Positions 8,660 to 17,345 of a stretch of 64,000 nt of DNA are shown one piece after another. Made by a program: the position numbers and the translations under genes. Source of the DNA: an uncultured Bacteroidales bacterium (GTDB taxonomy: Bacteria > Bacteroidota > Bacteroidia > Bacteroidales > VadinHA17); assembly GCA_963813405.1 (NCBI GenBank), contig CAWEYU010000004.1, forward strand, positions 324,814 through 388,813, written 5' to 3'. Position 1 is the stretch's first letter. Each line of letters starts with the position of its first letter. The notes below the pieces were generated by a model. The model did no database searches. It worked only from the letters and a program-made list of their open reading frames with translations, and was not told where the DNA came from.

Positions 8660-10178
8660 GCGTTCCGCTAAGATATGAGCCTGAAATAGTCCAGTTCCAG
8701 TTCCCGGTAGTTGAACCAGTTACACGTACTATCACCCACACCCAATATGTATTCCAGGTATTTGCCTCATAAAAATATGTAATTTTACAAAAAGGGCTTG
8801 AAGTGGGACAACTAAATGGTGGGACAAAGACTGCTTCCCATAATCCCATCCCGATATAGACATAGTAGTCGGGTCCAATAGTAATATCGAATTTCATAGA
8901 TTGTCCAGGAGCAATACTTGATCCTGGTAAGCTTCGGCATTCGGCAGGGTCATTTGCGAGAAGGTCGCTCCTTGAACAAACGCCACTCTCAGAATTTGCA
9001 ATCTTTACCTGAACGATATCTTTTAACCTCACTGATGTAGGACCATTATTAATCAATGTTATGCTTCTCGATGTTGCAGCCAGGATTGTAAAAGTAACAT
9101 TTATGTATTGAGGACTGTTAGTAGCATTTGTAGAAAAGATGGCAATACGTGTCGTATAGGTTCCGGGACCATAGGTTCCTCCAAGTGGATTCGACATCGA
9201 TACAGTTATGGTTAGTACTGACGGTGCTGTAGTTTGGCTAAGGCCAGCAGATAACCATAGAGGCGTTCCGTCGGGGAAGGATCTAGACAGCCCGCTCAGA
9301 GTTCCGCTGCCACCATTCGTGATATTAACGGTTTGTGAGGCGGGTACTGCTCCGCCTGAGGTTGCAGTGAAAGTAAGGTTCGTTTTTGAAAGTTGGATCA
9401 GCGGATTCGTGACTGCACTAAAAACCGCTGTTACATTCTTGTTATTGTTCATTGTAACCGTCGTTGAACTTGAGGTACCAGTCGCATCTCCTTCCCACTG
9501 TGTGAACTGATATCCAGAGGCAGGAACTGCAGTAAGCGTCACGGTTGTTCCTGAGGTATATTGATTCTGGTTAGGTGATTTTGTAACACTTCCTCCATTT
9601 GTAGGCGAAACTGCTATGGCGAGCGTGTACTGGTTTGTGGTTGCTGTAAAAACCGCCGTTAGATTCTTGTTACCGTCCATCATGACTGTCGTTGAACTTG
9701 ACGTTCCAGTCGCATCTCCTTCCCACCGGGTGAACTGATATCCAGAGGCAGGAACTGCAGTAAGCGTCACGGTTGTTCCTGAGTTATATTGATTCTGGTT
9801 AGGTGATTTTGTAACACTTCCTCCATTTGTGGGAGCAACTGTTATGGTGACTGTATATTGGTTTGAGGCTGCACTAAAAACCGCTGTTACATTCTTTTTA
9901 CTGTTCATTGTGACCGTTGTTGGATTTGACGTTCCAGTAACATCGCCCTCCCATCGGGTGAACTGATATCCGGAGGCAGGTATTGCAGTAAGGGTCACGG
10001 TCGTTCCTGGCGTATATTTATTCTGGTTGGGTGACCTGGTAACACTACTTCCTCCTGCAGGCTTGACCTCTATGTTAAGGATGTAAAATTCATCCTTTGG
10101 CCCTGGACAAGAAGTAAAACAGATTGTGCAAAAGATTAACAGTGAATACAGTACTGGGATTTTAGTTAAACGATTCAT
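8592..10178 (-). CDS. Lipoprotein with three tandem InlB B-repeat-like (Listeria-Bacteroides repeat) domains, a BACON-like beta domain and an unknown Cys-containing C-terminal domain
   Basis: Lipobox ICFTSC. Three 76-aa repeats (Y..I.V.P..GGSVT.SPNQN.Y..GTTVTLTA.PASGYQFT.WEGD.TGTS). Then LSKTNLTFTATSGGAVPASQTVNITNGGSGTLSG. Confidence 0.75.
   Translation of the reverse strand: MNRLTKIPVLYSLLIFCTICFTSCPGPKDEFYILNIEVKPAGGSSVTRSPNQNKYTPGTTVTLTAIPASGYQFTRWEGDVTGTSNPTTVTMNSKKNVTAVFSAASNQYTVTITVAPTNGGSVTKSPNQNQYNSGTTVTLTAVPASGYQFTRWEGDATGTSSSTTVMMDGNKNLTAVFTATTNQYTLAIAVSPTNGGSVTKSPNQNQYTSGTTVTLTAVPASGYQFTQWEGDATGTSSSTTVTMNNNKNVTAVFSAVTNPLIQLSKTNLTFTATSGGAVPASQTVNITNGGSGTLSGLSRSFPDGTPLWLSAGLSQTTAPSVLTITVSMSNPLGGTYGPGTYTTRIAIFSTNATNSPQYINVTFTILAATSRSITLINNGPTSVRLKDIVQVKIANSESGVCSRSDLLANDPAECRSLPGSSIAPGQSMKFDITIGPDYYVYIGMGLWEAVFVPPFSCPTSSPFCKITYFYEANTWNTYWVWVIVRVTGSTTGNWNWTISGSYLSGTLAVTPAGNSPILFNRTNYTKIQ
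9402..10085 (-). repeat. Three tandem 228-bp in-frame repeats inside the lipoprotein gene
   Basis: The anchor gtcgcatctcc recurs at 9481 and 9709, and a diverged copy gtaacatcgcc at 9937, giving a period of 228 bp. The two promoter-distal copies are nearly identical at DNA level over >100 bp. Confidence 0.9.
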
Positions 10179-10264
10179 GACAGTATATTTTTTAGATTAA
10201 AAAATAGCCTTTGGAATCAATTATATATAAGTTAAATTTAGAATTAAATGCTAGCATTTATAAT

Positions 10265-10714
10265 TCAGGATATTAGATTAGTCCTGAAGATTAAATTGTA
10301 TGTACCAACAACAGATCCATCGTAAGTAAAAATACTTTGAAATGGTTCAGTACCTGAACCGTCAGTAGAAAGAGAATTTGCAGTCGTTGGATTTAAATGA
10401 GTATCCCAGCAAACACCTCGTGAAATTAATTCTGAATCCCGATCATATGTAATAATTCCCCCTAAATTAGCAATAAGTTTACTAACTGAAGGAGAAATAG
10501 TTGTCGCGATACCGGTAACCCCCTTTATTGTAAAGGTTGGAACAACACTTGTTTTGAAAGTTACATTGCCCCCTAATATGGCACTTTTCCTTGTAAGATT
10601 TGGGACTTCATCAGTTGTAGTATAAGACAATGTGATTTTCTTGCAAGATTTCATATTAGTAGTAATGCAAATTGGAAACAGAGAAATAGTTATGATTCCT
10701 AGGATGCCTTTCAT
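10265..10714 (-). CDS. Small exported hypothetical protein
   Basis: ORF 10265..10759. A signal-like MKGILGIITISLFPICITT starts at ATG 10714. RGVCWDTHLNPT resembles the small beta domain seen at N-termini of Bacteroidetes surface proteins. Confidence 0.5.
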   Translation of the reverse strand: MKGILGIITISLFPICITTNMKSCKKITLSYTTTDEVPNLTRKSAILGGNVTFKTSVVPTFTIKGVTGIATTISPSVSKLIANLGGIITYDRDSELISRGVCWDTHLNPTTANSLSTDGSGTEPFQSIFTYDGSVVGTYNLIFRTNLIS

Positions 10715-10805
10715 GGCAATAATCTTTAAATCAAGAAAATCCCTGGTTAGTATTGACAAAGTTACACTAGTAAAAAGCCAAAGTCAATTTTATTTTATAA
10801 TGTTC

Positions 10806-11117
10806 TCATTCCTTTTCTTTAGAATAGAAACTATATGGATGGAAATAATGTTGAAACAAATGAAATTGAAATACTTCAACGGGTATCAATTCTTCACGAA
10901 TACCACGAAATAGTTTTATATTTTTTTCACTTTTAAAAGAGACTTCCCCTTCTCCTAAATTAACTGTTTCCGAATTAGTTATAGTTTGTCCAAATTTATC
11001 TATGTATGATTTAAACCTTGTTGTTTTGCCACTAAAATTATAAACTCCTTCATATAGATAATGTCTTGGTATTTTGTCCAATCTCATTATTTCTTCTTTT
11101 CTGCGTTCTTCAGCCAA
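10806..11117 (-). CDS. Hypothetical protein; the upstream in-frame sequence encodes a TM anchor behind a TAA at codon 3 (possible pseudogene 10806..11210)
   Basis: The track ORF starts at TTG 11117. Reading upstream in frame gives ATG(11210) AAG TAA(11204-11202) LIIYIIISVGIVIVAYITYINSDSYNLK. Confidence 0.4.
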   Translation of the reverse strand: MAEERRKEEIMRLDKIPRHYLYEGVYNFSGKTTRFKSYIDKFGQTITNSETVNLGEGEVSFKSEKNIKLFRGIREELIPVEVFQFHLFQHYFHPYSFYSKEKE

Positions 11118-11277
11118 TTTTAAATTATAACTATCTGAATTAATATACGTTATATAAGCTACAATTACGATTCCAACCGAAATGATTATATAGATTATAA
11201 GTTACTTCATATTGTATATATTATTGAATTGCATTTAGTTTAAAAATAATCCCTATCGATGATCTAAAGGAATGCCT

Positions 11278-11601
11278 TTACTTAAAATAAACAACGTTTT
11301 CATTTGTTGTGGCGTTGAAGTATCCCATAGACGTTAACGGCGGCTTCCAAATTCGTTGATTGGATAAGAGAACTAACATACATTGTAGCCCTGAACTTGT
11401 CTTGCATGCAAATCTGGTAGTGATACTCACTCCATTTGATTGTTTTTCTTCTTCCGCCGGGAATGCTTGAGTGATACTATAGGATTTGGTAGTACCCTCC
11501 TTGATTACTTGAATGGTCTTCTTTTCCAACTCGATTTGAAACCTCGTGTTCTTATATACATATGTATTTCCTTTATCTGTATTATAGTTCGTCGTTTTCA
11601 A
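11278..11601 (-). CDS. Hypothetical protein
   Basis: 107-aa ORF, same strand as its neighbours, no recognisable motif. Confidence 0.4.
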   Translation of the reverse strand: MKTTNYNTDKGNTYVYKNTRFQIELEKKTIQVIKEGTTKSYSITQAFPAEEEKQSNGVSITTRFACKTSSGLQCMLVLLSNQRIWKPPLTSMGYFNATTNENVVYFK

Positions 11602-11930
11602 ATAGTATTGGGGAAAGATATTGATTAGAAAAAGTGTAAATTGATATCAGTATTTAATTATTAATCTGTTAACTTTTTTTAGGACGAGTCACTGTTTTCT
11701 CGCACTCACTCTTAGTCTTATTTAAAATAAGTATGTTCAATGTGCAGAATGTTTGCTTCGGAACTACCCGGACTTTTATCTCTAATTTTTATCGGAGAGA
11801 AAGAAATCTCCTGATTCATAAAACTAATTTATTCTTTTTTTGTTTAACATGCAATGCTTTAATCTCAAGTAATTGGAAGTTTACAGCAAATTCAAATTCT
11901 AAGTTTTTTCACAAAAAGTAAGTTATCGAA

Positions 11931-12479
11931 ATGACACCAACAGCAATTTTCTCATTGATTTTGGGAATAAGTTTATTGTTCTTTGGAAGGCGGCTATTCT
12001 GGCTTTTTGTTGGCGTGGCAGGTTTTATAGCAGGATTGACCCTTGCCCCTCAATTGATAAGCAGCCAACCGGAGTCAGTCCTTCTGATCATAGCTATAAT
12101 CTTTGGTATAATTGGTGCCTTCCTTGCGATTTTCCTTGAGGGATTAGCAATTCTGATAGCCGGTTTCCTTGCAGGTGGTTATTTAATGACAACATTAGTA
12201 GTCTCCCTCGGAGCTTCTGTCAGTGCTGACCCTACTATAAATTACATCATCGGTGGTATTATCGGACTTTTGCTGGTTGCGGTCCTTTTCGGCTGGGCAA
12301 TCATCTTCTTGTCTGCATTAATGGGGGCTGAAATCATTATGCCTGTCTTGCACGTCAATGCATCCTTCCATTGGGGGGTTTTAATTGTATTAGTGGTTGT
12401 TGGTATAGCGGTTCAGGCTGGTATCTGGCATCGTCGTTATCCTGTCAAGCATACATGGGGCCGCCGCCCCTTGTATTAA
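11931..12479 (+). CDS. Multi-pass integral membrane protein of unknown function
   Basis: 182 aa, almost entirely hydrophobic Gly/Ala/Ile/Leu-rich helices, with a basic C-terminus WHRRYPVKHTWGRRP. Confidence 0.7.
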   Translation: MTPTAIFSLILGISLLFFGRRLFWLFVGVAGFIAGLTLAPQLISSQPESVLLIIAIIFGIIGAFLAIFLEGLAILIAGFLAGGYLMTTLVVSLGASVSADPTINYIIGGIIGLLLVAVLFGWAIIFLSALMGAEIIMPVLHVNASFHWGVLIVLVVVGIAVQAGIWHRRYPVKHTWGRRPLY

Positions 12480-12494
12480 CATTTGAAATCAGTT

Positions 12495-13805
12495 CTAATC
12501 GGAGTTCTTACGATAGAATACCGTGCTGCTATTCCATTGTTTAGCTATCAGGGTTCCATTGTGATCTATAAAAAGATTATCGATATTGCTGTTCTCATAA
12601 TAATGATCAAAATGTTCCAAATCCTGTGTTCTGAGGATCCCAAAACCAGGGATCATGATGTAATACAGACCTTTCCATTTATTGAAAACATGGTCCATGG
12701 TTGTTCTGAAGGCAACCCCTACCCCCTCAATAGGATTGAATGTTGCTCCCATATCGGATGACTTATAAATGTAAACTCCATTTTGCTGACCACAGACAAA
12801 TATCTCATCCTTTTCGTTAACAAAAAGTTTGTTAGAATATGCAGGTGTCTCAATCCTTGTCCAGGTTATACCATCATCATCAGACCTGAGAATGAAACAG
12901 CAAGCTGAGGTGCAAAAAAGAATAGAACCGTTTTTTAACCTGAAAACGTCACCAATGCTGGTAGAATTCAACGCACTTCCTGCTGTATTCCAGGTCTTAC
13001 CTCCATCCTTTGAAAACAGTGTGGGATAATTAAATTTAGCGACCCAGATATAATTATCGTTCGAAACGTACATAAAGATATAATACGGATTATCTGCGTA
13101 AGGCTTGGTGCAATAGCTCCAGGATACTCCCTGATCGGTACTTTTTACAATTTCGCCCTTCCAGGTACTGATATATACAACTCCATCTTTGTCAATCTCA
13201 ATTGTCCTTGGAGAAACAAGATTCGGATGAATAATTTCTTCCCAGATATAATATCTCTCTCCCTGCCTGTACAAATGACTGTTGGTAATCATTAATGTGT
13301 AGCCACGAACTGTATCAGCAACCATACCTGTTATGTCACTTTCAGGATATCCTGAAAAAGTATCCCAGGTGTTTGTTCTGAAACCATAGGCAGTTAAATC
13401 GGTAGATGTCAGATATTTCCCGGAGATGTCATAGGAAGATGCTCTTAAAACCTGCTCGAACGACTGCGTTCCCAGCTTCCAGTTTGTAGTAACTGTTCCT
13501 TTCTGGTCGGTGTAACCTGAATCGACAGAAATAGTGCCCCCACCTGAAAAAACTTTAAAAACCACTTTTAGAGGATCATATCCCTTTGACGATGCATTGG
13601 TTACTTTATATTTTATTGTATCATTAAAAGCTTCCCCTGCAAAATATTTCTGACCCGACTGATTTTCAAACCTGAATGAATATTGCTTAAGAGTCTTAAT
13701 TGATGGATCAGGATATCTGTCACATGATAATAAAACAACCAGAATCAATATTAGATAAAAATATCCGGGCATCTGGATTCGCAGGGCTCCCTCAGGTCGG
13801 TTCAT
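12495..13805 (-). CDS. BNR/Asp-box repeat beta-propeller protein, probably a lipoprotein
   Basis: Four Asp-box motifs: STDQGVSW, SKDGGKTW, SDDDGITW, SSDMGATF. Lipobox-like VLLSC. An alternative start ATG lies at 13772. Confidence 0.75.
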   Translation of the reverse strand: MNRPEGALRIQMPGYFYLILILVVLLSCDRYPDPSIKTLKQYSFRFENQSGQKYFAGEAFNDTIKYKVTNASSKGYDPLKVVFKVFSGGGTISVDSGYTDQKGTVTTNWKLGTQSFEQVLRASSYDISGKYLTSTDLTAYGFRTNTWDTFSGYPESDITGMVADTVRGYTLMITNSHLYRQGERYYIWEEIIHPNLVSPRTIEIDKDGVVYISTWKGEIVKSTDQGVSWSYCTKPYADNPYYIFMYVSNDNYIWVAKFNYPTLFSKDGGKTWNTAGSALNSTSIGDVFRLKNGSILFCTSACCFILRSDDDGITWTRIETPAYSNKLFVNEKDEIFVCGQQNGVYIYKSSDMGATFNPIEGVGVAFRTTMDHVFNKWKGLYYIMIPGFGILRTQDLEHFDHYYENSNIDNLFIDHNGTLIAKQWNSSTVFYRKNSD

Positions 13806-13840
13806 TTAATCATTTGTATTTAGTACACTGTTCAAATTAA

Positions 13841-15193
13841 TTACTCGATTCCAGAACGTTTTAAAGCCGGAACTCTTAATCCTATCCGAAGCGACAATAC
13901 ACCATTCCTGATAGTATTTTCAGTTCGGGCAGACTCTGTAAAAAATTGCTTATTGAATACGTTGATCATGCCGGCTTTATACTGCAATCCAAGATCAACC
14001 GCCATTTTGTTTGAAAACGGAACTGTCACGCCACCTCCAAATATCCATCCGAAATCACAATTTTTAATTGCTCCCTCCATATCATCATATACTGTAGTCT
14101 TTTCATACGTGTATTGATTGTTGGTTTGTAATGCATGATAGGCTTCACCGGTGCACTTTGCATTCAGTTTTACACCTAAATAGGGACCGGTGTTGAAAAA
14201 GAACCTTCCAGATCTGCCAATAGTGAAATTGACTATAGCGGGCAATACAATATAATCTATTGTCATCCTTGTATCGACATAATACCTTGCACCATTGTCA
14301 ATATATCCGTAAAACACATTGCTTGAATCTTTTAAAGAATACCCCGTCCGTTCAAACGACAACCCGGTTTGAAATGATGATTTTGGTGACCACTGAAGGT
14401 TCAGCAAAAATCCAAGTGAAGGGCTGAAATTTGAAGAATACCTTCCATGATCTTCTTTCCCGGAATTCCACAACAGGCTTATCCCGCCAAAGTAAACTAC
14501 ATAGACCTTCGGATTAACTGAATCCCGGACAGGTTTTCCTATTTTTTCCCTATTCTTTAGAAAACCATTATACGTTATTCCGATCATAAAGTCCATGGAA
14601 CCATTCTTCAAATTCAGGCTTTTATAAATATTTTTACGTCCGGTTAAGTAATTTGTATTTAATGATACCTTCAGATTATCCTTCAATGGATAAGAAAGCC
14701 CTACAGAATAAATATATCCATAATCATTTTCAGCTGGTTTGGTTACATTTTCATAGCTCGGACCATAACCAAGGAGAAATGAATAAAACATCCCGGCAGA
14801 AAGATCAAGTTGTGGTTTTGAAGGAATTGAGATCTTCAACTGTGCAGGGAGTGTGAAATAGCTGAAGTTCATCATCTCAAAAGATTGGTAGGGATAATAT
14901 GAACCTGAACCGGAATAATCTATCCAGATGCTCCCGTTAGGGTAAGATTTATGTTCATAATTTATTACGGAATAATTTAAGCCTGTCTGAACTCCAAATA
15001 TTCCGTTGAATGAATAGTTTACATTTATACCTGTAGCTGGTCCTGGTTTAAACTTCCATTTTCCCGAAATATCGTTGCCATGGATATCAGAAAAATTTAT
15101 TCCACTGAAGAATCCGGTTGAAAGCTCTTGTGAATAGGCTGAGGGAACGAAAATTACAAAAATAAGGATCGCAAAAGCCTTAATTTCTTTCAT
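13841..15193 (-). CDS. Outer-membrane beta-barrel (porin-family) protein
   Basis: Signal peptide ending SAYSQ. Alternating aromatic/Gly-rich beta-strand pattern throughout (GINVNYSF, GLNYSV, GLQYKAG). Confidence 0.7.
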   Translation of the reverse strand: MKEIKAFAILIFVIFVPSAYSQELSTGFFSGINFSDIHGNDISGKWKFKPGPATGINVNYSFNGIFGVQTGLNYSVINYEHKSYPNGSIWIDYSGSGSYYPYQSFEMMNFSYFTLPAQLKISIPSKPQLDLSAGMFYSFLLGYGPSYENVTKPAENDYGYIYSVGLSYPLKDNLKVSLNTNYLTGRKNIYKSLNLKNGSMDFMIGITYNGFLKNREKIGKPVRDSVNPKVYVVYFGGISLLWNSGKEDHGRYSSNFSPSLGFLLNLQWSPKSSFQTGLSFERTGYSLKDSSNVFYGYIDNGARYYVDTRMTIDYIVLPAIVNFTIGRSGRFFFNTGPYLGVKLNAKCTGEAYHALQTNNQYTYEKTTVYDDMEGAIKNCDFGWIFGGGVTVPFSNKMAVDLGLQYKAGMINVFNKQFFTESARTENTIRNGVLSLRIGLRVPALKRSGIE

Positions 15194-15334
15194 AGGTTAA
15201 CGGTTAGACTCAATCTGGCTAACCACAAATATCATGCCAGATATTTGAGTATGAGACAATTATTGAATCATCTTTTTTAATGACCGGTGAAATAGCAGGC
15301 AAAAATATTTTAATGGAGATTTTATAAATATATT

Positions 15335-15342
15335 GTATGTTT
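15335..15342 (+). promoter_or_regulatory. Candidate -7 promoter element (TAtgTTTG)
   Basis: Exact TAnnTTTG match, 44 nt upstream of ATG 15387. Confidence 0.35.
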
Positions 15343-15386
15343 GTTAGCTGTTAAAAGATCTTTTGAATAACTAAAATAAGATTACA

Positions 15387-15803
15387 ATGGACAAGAATGA
15401 AATTTTAAAGTATCTGAATGACTGTAAGATTTTCTGGCTGGCAACAACCGAAGGTGACACGCCACATGTAAGAGGCATTTTCCTTCATAAAGCCGATGAA
15501 ACCGGAATCAGCTTCACTACCGCCAAGTTCCGCGACGTTTACAAGCAACTCAAAGCAAATCCTAAAGTTGAATTGTGTTTTTCTCAGGAAAAATCATCAA
15601 TAAGGGTAAGCGGAAGAGTTGTTGAACTCGATGAAGATATGGATCTTAAGAAGGAGATCGTTGCGTCACGTCCTTTCATGAAACCATGGATTGATGCTGC
15701 CGGTTATGCACCTATGGCTGTGTTTAAAGTAGTTGATTGCGTTGCTACCACCTGGCGTTTTGATCAGACTCTGGCGCCAAAAACTTTTGTTTCGCTGAGT
15801 TAA
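15387..15803 (+). CDS. Pyridoxamine 5'-phosphate oxidase-like FMN-binding split-barrel protein
   Basis: 138 aa. FWLATTEGDTPHVRGIF...NPKVELCF pattern. Its 3' end overlaps the convergent radical SAM gene by 4 nt. Confidence 0.75.
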   Translation: MDKNEILKYLNDCKIFWLATTEGDTPHVRGIFLHKADETGISFTTAKFRDVYKQLKANPKVELCFSQEKSSIRVSGRVVELDEDMDLKKEIVASRPFMKPWIDAAGYAPMAVFKVVDCVATTWRFDQTLAPKTFVSLS

Positions 15804-17215
15804 TTTACAGCTCTCATCGTTTTCCTTAACCTGAGCAGGGTGCGGAACATGGGCTCTTTTACGTCCATCTTCGATTGCAGATCCATTGCCTGAATCAACA
15901 TCTCCCTGGGAGGTGTTGTTTCGTAAGAGGGAACGCAGAAATGACGTTTCCCGGCTGCATCCTTTATCATAGCTGCCAGTTTATCTATTCCAAGTTCCGG
16001 AGATACATAATATACAGGCGTAAGAAGGTTATCTTCGGCGCTTATGACCCTCTCTTTAATTGCAACTTTATGTAATGTTGTTCCGGGGTAGATCCTCAAT
16101 CCTGTCGTCATGTGTACCATATCTTCAGGATTAATATAGTTGTCGATAAAATCGAAAGTCTCTCCAAAAGTCTGCTCATTTTCTCCAGGTCCGCCGAACA
16201 GGAAAAACCACATAGTAGGCAGGTTATTATCACTGATCAGTTTAGCCGTCTTGATTAACTGCCCAAGTGTAAAATTCTTTTTTATATTCTTTAACATTTT
16301 TGGTGATGCACTGTCAGGTGTGCAATCGATCTGCGAAAAGCCAGCTCTTATCATCAGATCGAATAACTCTTTGCTCGAATTCCTCGGATTAATCCCCATT
16401 GTCCGTAATCTGGGCCGGATCTCTTTTTTTATAATTTCACGACAGATGTTTTCTGCATGACCTGCAGGATCATTAAAAGTGGAATCGACAAACTCAAAAG
16501 TAACATCCCCAAGACGATGGTAAGCCTGTTCGATCTCATCAGCAACATTTTTCGCATCACGTATCTTATAATTGTGGCCTTCAATAAGTGGATATGTGCA
16601 ATATATACATTTATGTGAACAACCTCTTTTTGTCTGCACCGGGTACGAACCTCTTGATCTGTACGGATCAAAAGAGATAAAACGGTCAACATCGGCAAAA
16701 GGCAGACTTAATATTTCTGCAGGTTTAACGGGAGTTGCTGTACGGGTTTTGTAGCCGTGTATAGCAACATTTGGCAAATCGGCCAGATCCATCTTATTAT
16801 CAAGATGTTCAAGAAGTATTGGGAAGCTCTCATTAGCTTCACCTACGATGCCAATATTTATTCCAAGGTACTCCAGGATGGCTTCAGGGTAGATACTGAA
16901 TCCACTTCCTCCAAGTATGAATATTGCGTTTGATATTTTTCTCAAAGGCTCAGTGAAGTCTGCCTTTATCCTATTGAAATAAACCATGGGATTTTCAAAT
17001 ACCATGTTATCTATATTCCTGATGCCAAAGCCAATATAATCAGGATTAAACTCCTCAACAAGGTTGCAAAGAACTTCAGTGGTACCAAATGTTCCGTCAA
17101 ATACCTTTACAGTGTATTTGTTTTCAATCTGTGCGGCAAGAAGACACAAACCAATAGGGGGAACAGGATAGGGTTGTGTTTCAGTATTGGTGTTTATGAG
17201 AAGAACTTTTTTCAT
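15800..17215 (-). CDS. B12-binding domain radical SAM protein (class B)
   Basis: 471 aa. N-terminal Rossmann-like cobalamin-binding pattern (KVLLINTN...PPIGLCLLAA...DYIGFG). Radical SAM cluster motif CSHKCIYC (CxxxCxxC). Confidence 0.9.
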   Translation of the reverse strand: MKKVLLINTNTETQPYPVPPIGLCLLAAQIENKYTVKVFDGTFGTTEVLCNLVEEFNPDYIGFGIRNIDNMVFENPMVYFNRIKADFTEPLRKISNAIFILGGSGFSIYPEAILEYLGINIGIVGEANESFPILLEHLDNKMDLADLPNVAIHGYKTRTATPVKPAEILSLPFADVDRFISFDPYRSRGSYPVQTKRGCSHKCIYCTYPLIEGHNYKIRDAKNVADEIEQAYHRLGDVTFEFVDSTFNDPAGHAENICREIIKKEIRPRLRTMGINPRNSSKELFDLMIRAGFSQIDCTPDSASPKMLKNIKKNFTLGQLIKTAKLISDNNLPTMWFFLFGGPGENEQTFGETFDFIDNYINPEDMVHMTTGLRIYPGTTLHKVAIKERVISAEDNLLTPVYYVSPELGIDKLAAMIKDAAGKRHFCVPSYETTPPREMLIQAMDLQSKMDVKEPMFRTLLRLRKTMRAVN

Positions 17216-17345
17216 ATCGCCAAATTTACATAATCAACCTGAAGATTTATTTTATTGCGATATGATTTTTATCCTCGCCTATAGGTAGGCATATAAATAC
17301 TCCGGACATTTTATATATTTACTGCTCAGAAAATAATTCTACTGG

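Noticed and set aside
7919-11930. I looked for integrative-element hallmarks next to tRNA-Leu: an integrase, or a direct repeat of the tRNA 3' end.
   Set aside because: None was found by eye, so the region is not called a mobile element. It is reported only as a compositional or orphan-gene anomaly.
12483-12761. Plus-strand 92-aa ORF. The same applies to other short ORFs nested antisense in strong genes, for example 1803..2003, 2187..2498, 9208..9510, 16140..16460, 20828..21187, 34656..35093, 50017..50337, 50330..50812, 58562..59053, 62105..62410 and 62489..62935.
   Set aside because: Each lies entirely within, or straddles, well-supported genes on the opposite strand or in another frame, and none shows a motif. 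They are treated as non-coding shadows.
17221-17228. A TAaaTTTG -7-like motif (minus strand) only 5 nt upstream of the radical SAM start codon at 17215.
   Set aside because: It is too close to the start codon to act as the promoter unless the mRNA is leaderless, so I did not call it.
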